Positions 57,188 through 64,000 of a stretch of DNA of 64,000 nt are shown in pieces (position 1 is the stretch's first letter; each line of letters starts with the position of its first letter). The translations under genes and the position numbers were made by a program. The DNA is from Candidatus Poribacteria bacterium (GTDB taxonomy: Bacteria; Poribacteria; WGA-4E; WGA-3G), in the NCBI GenBank assembly GCA_022825825.1, contig JAJDWA010000040.1:10488-74487 (forward strand). Direction: 5' to 3'. The notes under the pieces are model-generated. The model did no database searches. It was not told where the DNA came from and worked only from the letters and a program-made list of their open reading frames with translations.

Positions 57188-58150
57188 TCATTTCTCTCCG
57201 CCTTGTGGTGTCAAATTGGCAAGCTGTGTTAGTTTTTCTTCTATGTCCACTTTGATGTCCTCTTGTCCCTGCTGTTCTGCCAATACCAAAGCAGTCTGGA
57301 GATTTGACCTTACCTCGTCAATGTCGTTCAGACCTAACTTTACTACGCCGCGGTTGATGTAAGCGTTCATAAAATTAGGTTGCAGACGGATCGCCTCGTT
57401 TAGGTCAGTGAGTGCCGCAGCGTGTTTACCGAGCTTGAACTTTATAGCACCTCGGTTACTGTAGGCTTCGGCGAAATTTGGATTGAGACGAATCGCCTCA
57501 TCGTAATCGTCAATAGCAGCATCATGAGACCCTAATCCACTTTTGATATTGCCTCGATTGTTGTAAACTTCGGCATAATCTGGTTGCAGCCGAATTGCCG
57601 TGTCGTAAGCAGAGAGTGCTTTTTCTGACTTCCCACCTTCCCGGAGGAGACAACCGATTGAGAAAAAAGCGGCGGCAGCAAGTTCGCTATCGCTCAGTTC
57701 TGAGGCGTAGGGTGGTGGATTGTTGTTTTCGTTTGTTGTTTCAATCGGTGCTTCTTCTGCCAATTCTGGAAACCGTTCTGTCAGCTTCGGGACGTATTTA
57801 TCCTCGTAGTTGGCAATGATTCGAATAATAAAGGTCATCAGCGGTTCCAACGGATGACTTTCATTCTCACCGACTGAAAAAATTAATTCATCTAATACAT
57901 CATCCATCAACCACTCATACTCGCTATCACTCAAGTTGATAACACCGTAATGCCCGTGCCGTTGTCCGAAATCGATTAATCCGTCTAAGGTCTCCACTAA
58001 CCACTGGTAGGCAGTTTCGGGGTAGGGCGAGGGGACAGCTGGTTCGGATATCCGCGTTTGTAGCGGTTTAGAGTTATCTAACAATTGGGACATACTCGAC
58101 ACTATGTCTATCAACAAAAGATTGTTCTCTGTCAATCCGGATGTTAACAT
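57188..58150 (-). CDS. TPR-repeat protein with a non-TPR N-terminal ~150-aa domain
   Basis: 320 aa. The C-terminal half has 4-5 canonical TPRs (..A...YD.AIRL.P.YAE.Y.NRG..). Confidence 0.85.
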   Translation of the reverse strand: MLTSGLTENNLLLIDIVSSMSQLLDNSKPLQTRISEPAVPSPYPETAYQWLVETLDGLIDFGQRHGHYGVINLSDSEYEWLMDDVLDELIFSVGENESHPLEPLMTFIIRIIANYEDKYVPKLTERFPELAEEAPIETTNENNNPPPYASELSDSELAAAAFFSIGCLLREGGKSEKALSAYDTAIRLQPDYAEVYNNRGNIKSGLGSHDAAIDDYDEAIRLNPNFAEAYSNRGAIKFKLGKHAAALTDLNEAIRLQPNFMNAYINRGVVKLGLNDIDEVRSNLQTALVLAEQQGQEDIKVDIEEKLTQLANLTPQGGEK

Positions 58151-58172
58151 TGTTTACCCATGCTTCTGTTTA

Positions 58173-60050
58173 TTATATTTCATCGGTTTGCGATATCAAG
58201 TTGCTGAAGTTTACCTCAATATAGGCTTTAAGATTAGTGTTCTGTTGTTGTTCTGCCAATTCCAAGGCTGTTTGGAGGTCAGATTTCGCTTCCTTAATAC
58301 TTCTCAAACTAATTTTGGCTTGGGCTCTATTGGTGTAAGCATTGATATATTCGGGATTTATTCTGATAGCTTCATCAAAATCTGTGATTGCCTCATTTGG
58401 TTTACCAAGCAGACGCTTTACCCCTCCTCGATTATTGTAAGCTCTGGCGTAATTGGGGTTTATACGAATAGCCTCATCAAAGTCAGCAAGAGCTTCATTA
58501 GGTTGGTTAAGTTGGATTTTCACACTCCCTCGACTATTATAAGCTTCAGTATAATCAGGCTGTATACGAATAGCCTCATCAAAGTCAGCAAGAGCTTCAT
58601 TAGGTTGGTTAAGTTGAAGTTTCACAACTCCCCGATTGTGGTATGCTTCAGCATAATCAGATTTTAGTTGAATTGCCGCGTTATAATCAGCAAGAGCTTC
58701 AATAAATTCTCCAAGCTCAAGCTTCGCAACTCCGCGATTGTAGTAGATTTCTGCCTCACTAAACTCTGAGTCCTCGAAAATTAACGAAATAGAATTTTCT
58801 TGACTGTTGTCAAGTTTTGCCTCACCAAATTTTATTAACTGAATTGCTTTGGTGTAATCGGTGATGGCCTTCCTATAGTGTCCAAGCATAACCTGTAGAG
58901 AACCTAGATGGTTATAGGCCTCGGCACAATTCGGTTGTAAATCAATCACCTTATCATAGTCCGCGAGAGCTTCCTCATATTTTTTAAGGGCTTTATTTGC
59001 CTGTCCTCGATGATAATACACTTGGACATCATCTGGTTTTAGCCGAATTGCCTCATTGTAATCAGCAATGGCATCCTGACTCCTTCCAAGCAAGTACTTT
59101 GTCAAACCTCTACTATCATAGGCTCCAGCATAGTTGGGTTTTAGTCGAATCGCCTTATCATAATCAGCAATAGCATCCTGATGTCTTCCAAGGAAATTCT
59201 TCGCCGTGCCTCGATTGCTGTAAGCCTCGGCGAAATCCGGTTTTAGCCGAATTGCTATATCATAATCAGCAATAGCATCCTGATGTCTTCCAAGGAAATT
59301 CTTCACCGCACCACGATTATTGTAGGCTTCGTCGAAATCGGGTTCCAAATTAATTGCCTTGTTTAAAGCCAATAATGCATGCTCTCCCATGCCTTCTTTT
59401 ACACAGAGGTAACCAACTGAAACCAAACCACGAGAAGCAAGCCTATTATCGTTACCCTCAGTAATGTTAGCAATAGAACGCCATTTTTCGATTGCCTCCT
59501 CAATCCTTTCACCACGTTGCAACATATAGGCATCAGCAATAGCTTTTTTTATGAGAGATGCCTTGGGGTTCTGTTCAACTGCTTTCTGAATCTTATCAAG
59601 TTTTTCAGCGATATCTTGCTTATCGATATCTTCAGCACTATACGGTATATCTACTTTGGATTTGACTTTATGAATAAACTGAGCAAATTTAAGGAGAACA
59701 CCGAGTACTGCAGCGATACCAAGCATTAGTGTCCCGATACCAATAAAGTTTTTGCTATTATCGGTGGTTGCTTCTTTTTTTGTTGTTTCATTTGCAGACT
59801 GAGCTTTCGGGTCGACTTTTCCACTTGATGTATCATCTGACGATTGAGTTTTTTGAGTAGGTATCTTTGATGATATCTGCGTCGCAGAATCTTTTTGACT
59901 ACTATTAGAGACTTTTCCGGTGCTTGTATCATTTGAAGATTGCACTCTCTGAGTTGCGGATCTTTTTGGTGTTTGTGCAAACATGACCGTCACCTGACCT
60001 GCAAACATCATACCCAATACAACCATCATAATTCCAACTTTTATACCCAT
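58173..60050 (-). CDS. TPR-repeat protein with signal/TM segments and Ser/Thr/Gln-rich linker
   Basis: 625 aa with more than 10 TPRs, including exact 102-nt-register DNA duplications (e.g. around 58470-58625 and 59150-59300). The start codon overlaps the upstream gene's stop (TAATG). Confidence 0.85.
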   Translation of the reverse strand: MGIKVGIMMVVLGMMFAGQVTVMFAQTPKRSATQRVQSSNDTSTGKVSNSSQKDSATQISSKIPTQKTQSSDDTSSGKVDPKAQSANETTKKEATTDNSKNFIGIGTLMLGIAAVLGVLLKFAQFIHKVKSKVDIPYSAEDIDKQDIAEKLDKIQKAVEQNPKASLIKKAIADAYMLQRGERIEEAIEKWRSIANITEGNDNRLASRGLVSVGYLCVKEGMGEHALLALNKAINLEPDFDEAYNNRGAVKNFLGRHQDAIADYDIAIRLKPDFAEAYSNRGTAKNFLGRHQDAIADYDKAIRLKPNYAGAYDSRGLTKYLLGRSQDAIADYNEAIRLKPDDVQVYYHRGQANKALKKYEEALADYDKVIDLQPNCAEAYNHLGSLQVMLGHYRKAITDYTKAIQLIKFGEAKLDNSQENSISLIFEDSEFSEAEIYYNRGVAKLELGEFIEALADYNAAIQLKSDYAEAYHNRGVVKLQLNQPNEALADFDEAIRIQPDYTEAYNSRGSVKIQLNQPNEALADFDEAIRINPNYARAYNNRGGVKRLLGKPNEAITDFDEAIRINPEYINAYTNRAQAKISLRSIKEAKSDLQTALELAEQQQNTNLKAYIEVNFSNLISQTDEI

Positions 60051-63000
60051 TATAATTCCTCCTCAGAGATTTCCAATCCCGACAACCCCTCAACAATCTC
60101 CACCGTCTCCAAACTCACACTGATAACCTTCTGAATCAGATCCACAATATACGTCTCATTATCTGCACGATTCGGATCGTTGACGATGCCGCTCCGCCTA
60201 TCCGTTTTCACACGATACTGATCCACCACCCACTCCAACGCCGATCGGTTGCCTAACCGATACTGTAACGCCTCCGCAGGGATACCCGCCAATGTCAAGA
60301 AGTCGTTGTATTTTATCTCTGTTTTGTCTTTAGAAGAGAATTTCATCTGCTCTACACGCCAATCCAAGGGCATGTACGGTGTTTCAATCATATCTAATTT
60401 ATACTGGGGCTGCTCTTCATAGTGGACATGGATGTCTGCCAACCGTCTGCCAGCTTCAACAAATTCCCAAAATTTGGGCGCATAAGGAATATGGGGCAAA
60501 TCTCGCTTAAGGTTCACCTGATAGTGCTCGCGGTAGGCGGGATGATGCAGGAGCGCGTACGTATAGTGGAAAATGTCCCATTTAGTGATGTTCGCGTCTC
60601 CGTAATGCCCTTGGAACTGTGCCAATGCCCAATCCGTAATGTTCTCGCGTCGGTTTGAACCGTCTTCATCGTAAATGTAGAACGGAAAATATTGCCCAGC
60701 TGAGCCGAAACCGCCTGTCATAATATGTTCAGGAATACAATCAGTTATGAGACAGGTAAAGGGTTTCTCTCGTGAGACATTGACGCAAATTACCCGATTT
60801 TCAGTTTCAGTCTGAGGAGTCGGGAAAATAGATGGAAATACGTATACCCTCTCTGCCATGAATCTGTCAAAGTAAAGGCGAGACTTTGTGAACGGACGGT
60901 AGAGCGTTTGTCGTATTCTTTCTGGAATGAATTCTGAAATGTACCCACTTGTTAATTTCTGTTTTAAACCTGAACTCCAACTGATTTTCTCATTATCATA
61001 CACCACAAAGTCATCAACATTCTGTGCCGTTTGCTGCTGCCACTTGAGTGCTTGCGTGTTATAAGTATCCATCATTCGCTGAACGTTAGTCGTGAGTGTG
61101 TCACGATCAAAGTTGATTGCCCACGCATCGCGATTTGTTTTCACTCCACTACTGAATTGGTGGAAAATTACACCTGAAATCTCACCCTTTTCTGCTTTTG
61201 CTTGCTTACTTCCGATTGGCACAAAGGTTTCAAAATCTTCGCGCAGCCCTTCGGTGAGCCAGGTATGGCGCGCGTCGGGTTGAATAGAATCCCAATTGAC
61301 GTTGCCGATGTGTTCACACTTGTCCAAAAATTCAAATGTCGCTTCTTTGTTTATTTCTGCTGTCTCACTGTTGTAAAAAATATGTGCAGGTCTCGATTGG
61401 TGTTGACGCTTTTTCACGAACAGGTTAATGCTCACTCCGACCTGAATGTCAAAGACATTGGCATCCCCAGTGTGACCTTTACGGATATTGCCACCCAAGT
61501 CCAACAGATATATCTTATCACACGCATCGGAGAGATGTTTCCGCATCCCATCGAACGCCTGACCATCAATAAAGTTGTGATTTGTCACAAACGCGACGAT
61601 TCCATCCGTTTCAACTCTATTTAATGCCCAGTGGATTGCTTTGACGTACGGATCGTAGAGCGCGGTTTTGTTCGTTGCAGTAGAGGCTTCGGCATAAGTC
61701 TCCTGAATCTGTCTGTCTAATTCGGGATACTTACGGTTCTTGTTGGCATCGTTCTCATCCATCTGCCGTGCATTGTAGGGTGGATTCCCAATGACGACAA
61801 ACATCTCTGTCTGCTTCTGCCGCTCAACCCGCCGCGTGTTCTCTGGCGCGAACAAGGAAAACTGACGCTCGGCTGTTAGATCGAACGTATCTACGAGGCA
61901 GAGGTTATCGAAAGGCTGATACTGCTTTGTGGCAACATAAAACTCATGCTCAATGTTCATGCTGGCAATGTAGTAAGGCATCAGCAACACCTCATTGCAG
62001 TGGAGTTCATCGCTATATTTTGTCTTGAGTGCGGTTTTATCAATCGCTTGGACAAGCCGCACGATGAAGTTACCGGTGCCGACAAAAGGGTCTATGATGT
62101 GAACGCCCGTATCCGAGAGTGAACGTCCAAACTCGGTTACAAGTAGATGGGAGACGCTTTTCACCATGAAATTAACGATCGGCTGCGGTGTGTAGACGAT
62201 GCCGTGTGTATCAGCGACCTTTACGGAGAAACCTTGAAAAAACTGCTCGTACACAGTATTGAGGAAATGTTGTTTCTGTGAGAAGTCAATAAAGGTTGCG
62301 GCGGCGCGTTCAATCGCAACATAGAACGTATTGAGCTCGCGAAGGAACTCGGAGCGGTTATAAGCCTGCCATGTGAGCGCGTCAATCACATTTTCAATTT
62401 CACGTGCGATGATATTTCGGCGAGTGAAATCGGGATTGTCAAAAACGGTGCGGAAAATCCGTTCCGTCAAGAGATGTTGGATGAGCATCTCCTCAACAGC
62501 AGACTTTGAGAGATTGGGATTAATTGCCTCTTGACAGTGGCGATAGAAGTCCGCGAACGCCTCCTGAAACCGAGCATTGGTTTCCTCTTCGTTTTGGATC
62601 AAAGCTGCGGCACGTTCACCGAGTGCTGGCACTTTGTCTTTAAATTCAACAGCGGCGCGTTCCCAGTTAGCAACGTCCGCCTGTTCATAACTGAAGAAGG
62701 CGTGAAGTACCCGAATAAACGCCTCCGCGTCAGTGATATCGACATCCATGACCTCTTGTCCATCTTGGTAGAGGATGGCGCGTTCTTGGGTTGTGAAGAG
62801 AATGTTATCCTGCGGATAGCCTGCGTCGAATTTCTGCCTGACAGCTGTAGCGAGATTGTCGTGGAGGTCTTTCGCTTCCCAGTAACCGCGCGGCAAGCCG
62901 AAGACGTTATCAGTAAGCATGCCATCAACGTAAATTGTGGTATTTTGCGGTGTTCGGAGTGATTTTTCGCAGATAAGTGTTAGATTGTTTTGTCCAGCGT

Positions 63001-63127
63001 AGTGTTGAAAGAGTGTAGCAAAGGCGAGTCGGATTTCGGTTTCATTTGTTGCTCCGAGGCTCTCGTATTGTCTGAGTTCTGCGTAAAAGGTCTTTATGGG
63101 TTTGTGTGTCGGTTTGATGTTTCGCAT
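60050..63127 (-). CDS. Single-chain type IIG / type-ISP-like restriction-modification protein: N-terminal PD-(D/E)xK-like module, gamma-class N6A methyltransferase, C-terminal target-recognition domain
   Basis: 1025 aa. The N-terminus ..ETEIRLAF..L......IYVDG......GYWEAKDL.DNL......K...GY....ILFT..... has a MmeI-like D..ExK layout. Catalytic VIGNPPYNARQ. The C-terminal ..YRLGNRSALEWVVDQYRVK.D..SGIVNDPN.. matches my memory of the Type_ISP_C / LlaBIII-type TRD. No helicase domain is present. Confidence 0.65.
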   Translation of the reverse strand: MRNIKPTHKPIKTFYAELRQYESLGATNETEIRLAFATLFQHYAGQNNLTLICEKSLRTPQNTTIYVDGMLTDNVFGLPRGYWEAKDLHDNLATAVRQKFDAGYPQDNILFTTQERAILYQDGQEVMDVDITDAEAFIRVLHAFFSYEQADVANWERAAVEFKDKVPALGERAAALIQNEEETNARFQEAFADFYRHCQEAINPNLSKSAVEEMLIQHLLTERIFRTVFDNPDFTRRNIIAREIENVIDALTWQAYNRSEFLRELNTFYVAIERAAATFIDFSQKQHFLNTVYEQFFQGFSVKVADTHGIVYTPQPIVNFMVKSVSHLLVTEFGRSLSDTGVHIIDPFVGTGNFIVRLVQAIDKTALKTKYSDELHCNEVLLMPYYIASMNIEHEFYVATKQYQPFDNLCLVDTFDLTAERQFSLFAPENTRRVERQKQTEMFVVIGNPPYNARQMDENDANKNRKYPELDRQIQETYAEASTATNKTALYDPYVKAIHWALNRVETDGIVAFVTNHNFIDGQAFDGMRKHLSDACDKIYLLDLGGNIRKGHTGDANVFDIQVGVSINLFVKKRQHQSRPAHIFYNSETAEINKEATFEFLDKCEHIGNVNWDSIQPDARHTWLTEGLREDFETFVPIGSKQAKAEKGEISGVIFHQFSSGVKTNRDAWAINFDRDTLTTNVQRMMDTYNTQALKWQQQTAQNVDDFVVYDNEKISWSSGLKQKLTSGYISEFIPERIRQTLYRPFTKSRLYFDRFMAERVYVFPSIFPTPQTETENRVICVNVSREKPFTCLITDCIPEHIMTGGFGSAGQYFPFYIYDEDGSNRRENITDWALAQFQGHYGDANITKWDIFHYTYALLHHPAYREHYQVNLKRDLPHIPYAPKFWEFVEAGRRLADIHVHYEEQPQYKLDMIETPYMPLDWRVEQMKFSSKDKTEIKYNDFLTLAGIPAEALQYRLGNRSALEWVVDQYRVKTDRRSGIVNDPNRADNETYIVDLIQKVISVSLETVEIVEGLSGLEISEEEL

Positions 63128-63445
63128 CCTTGCGTTAACTTTCTAATTCGTTAATTTATGTGGAGTATTATATACAAGTTCACAATAGGTTGCAACTGAA
63201 AACTAAACTTTAACCAAATCCAGATATAGACTGTCAGAATCAGGATTGACAAGATTTTAGAATTTTCAGGATAATTAGGACGCCTATAAATCGGGTTTAC
63301 AAAATCTTCCTACAAGAGTGTTTCGTAAGAATTGAATGGCTCTGAACCAAATCGTTCCAATATTGACTTTTTTCTTAGAAATGGTATTATTACATCAGAC
63401 CTTTATAGTGAAATCCAAAATTCGGTAATTCCATAGTCATATCCA

Positions 63446-63559
63446 GTGCGGTTAGAAACCACACCTACCGAGTTTGGAAAAAATAAATATTACCGAATCT
63501 TTTTTATCTTCATCTAACTGCACTATCTACACCAGTTCGGTTAGGAAACCGAACCTACC
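63446..63559 (-). repeat. Two GGTAGG hairpins (REP-like) in the same orientation separated by a conserved ~65-nt spacer
   Basis: gtgcggttagaaaccacacctacc (63446-63469) and gttcggttaggaaaccgaacctacc (63535-63559). The latter has the same stem as 22926-22951. Confidence 0.75.
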
Positions 63560-63620
63560 ATGGTGTAAATATTACGGATTTTACAATAATGAGATTAGGT
63601 ATTAACGAGAGGAGAAGAAA

Positions 63621-64000
63621 ATGTCAAATATTGTATCACGACAAATCCATCTTAAAAATCGGATTGTTGGAATGCCGAAGGTAGAAGACTTTGAGGTAGT
63701 TGAGGTGCCGCTACCTGAACCCGATGATGAGGAGGTGTTAGTAAAGAATATTTACACTTCAGTGGACCCATATATGCGGGGCGGTATGCGATCTGCCGAA
63801 CTCGGTAAACCGCTTGGCGGTGGGTGTGTTGGTCGGATTGCGTTATCAAACAGTGATACGTTTCAGGTTGGAGATTACGTAACGGGATATTCAGGATGGC
63901 GTGACCATTACATTGCACGAGCAGAGAGTTTGACACCTATTGATGTTACTATCGCGCCGCTTCAGTCATTTTTAGGGGCAGTCGGTATGCCCGGACGCAC
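63621..64000 (+). CDS. NADP-dependent oxidoreductase, medium-chain dehydrogenase/reductase family (YncB/PTGR-like), partial
   Basis: Own translation from ATG 63621 (RBS GAGAGGAG) stays open to the window end: MSNIVSRQIHLKNRIVGMPKVEDFEVVEVPLPEPDDEEVLVKNIYTSVDPYMRGGM.. The ..SVDPYMRG.. signature is typical of this family. Confidence 0.8.
   Translation, partial: MSNIVSRQIHLKNRIVGMPKVEDFEVVEVPLPEPDDEEVLVKNIYTSVDPYMRGGMRSAELGKPLGGGCVGRIALSNSDTFQVGDYVTGYSGWRDHYIARAESLTPIDVTIAPLQSFLGAVGMPGR

Noticed and set aside
1-64000. tRNA, rRNA, tmRNA and RNase P genes
   Set aside because: I scanned intergenic regions by eye for T-loop (GGTTCRAWYC) and other conserved cores. Only chance partial matches were found (e.g. 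gggttcaaagg at ~25175), with no cloverleaf context. A tRNAscan/Infernal run would be needed for certainty.

Overview
Bacterial chromosomal window with about 50 protein genes, mostly on the minus strand and often preceded by strong AGGAGG-type RBSs. I found no rRNA, tRNA or CRISPR array.

(1) Window start: an edge-truncated gamma-class N6-adenine DNA methyltransferase lies next to an Rpn/YhgA-like PD-(D/E)xK nuclease.

(2) 2.1-16.0 kb: a complex I locus, nuoA-B-C-D / E-F-G-H-J-K-L. It has no nuoI, nuoM or nuoN. About 3.3 kb of accessory genes split it between nuoD and nuoE: a VOC protein, a small acidic ORF, two ~96% identical Uma2/DUF820 nuclease paralogs flanking a lipoprotein gene, and an orphan HicB-like ORF.

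(3) 16-25 kb: eukaryote-like repeat proteins. These are a WD40 protein, a 1268-aa secreted protein with three YWTD/LDL-receptor-class-B propellers and a T9SS/FlgD-like C-terminal domain, and a TPR protein. An 830-bp intergenic region here is packed with palindromic repeats.

(4) 25-33.5 kb: housekeeping and accessory genes (HpcH/HpaI aldolase, thrC, a third Uma2 gene tightly followed by recD2, sialate O-acetylesterase).

(5) 33.5-37.4 kb: a visibly AT-rich island of orphan ORFs ending in a beta-class DNA methyltransferase fused to a complete HNH nuclease.

(6) 37.4-47.2 kb: a carbohydrate-type cluster with PD40 propellers, a UxuA-like protein, xylose-isomerase-like TIM barrels, Gfo/Idh/MocA oxidoreductases (including decayed partial duplicates), a LamG protein and a beta-gamma-crystallin protein.

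(7) 47.5-50.2 kb: a putative operon of Tat-signal Fe/Mn SOD, sulfite-oxidase-like molybdoenzyme and a PhyH dioxygenase.

(8) 50.6-57 kb: a DUF234 ATPase, a sulfatase, three more PhyH-like dioxygenases (two tandem paralogs carry WHSH where HxD is expected) and a SAM methyltransferase.

(9) 57-63 kb: a MmeI/type-ISP-like single-chain nuclease-methylase-TRD protein, translationally coupled to two TPR proteins.

(10) Window end: an edge-truncated MDR oxidoreductase.

A family of GTAGG-anchored hairpins (REP/REPIN-like) is scattered through the intergenic regions. The gene content is compatible with a marine or host-associated (sponge-symbiont-like, e.g. Poribacteria/PVC-type) organism, but that is inference only.

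No single known multi-gene defence system is recognisable. The strongest candidates for something undescribed are the MTase-HNH island, the type IIG-like enzyme with its TPR partners, the REP-like repeat system, and the accessory insertion inside the nuo operon.
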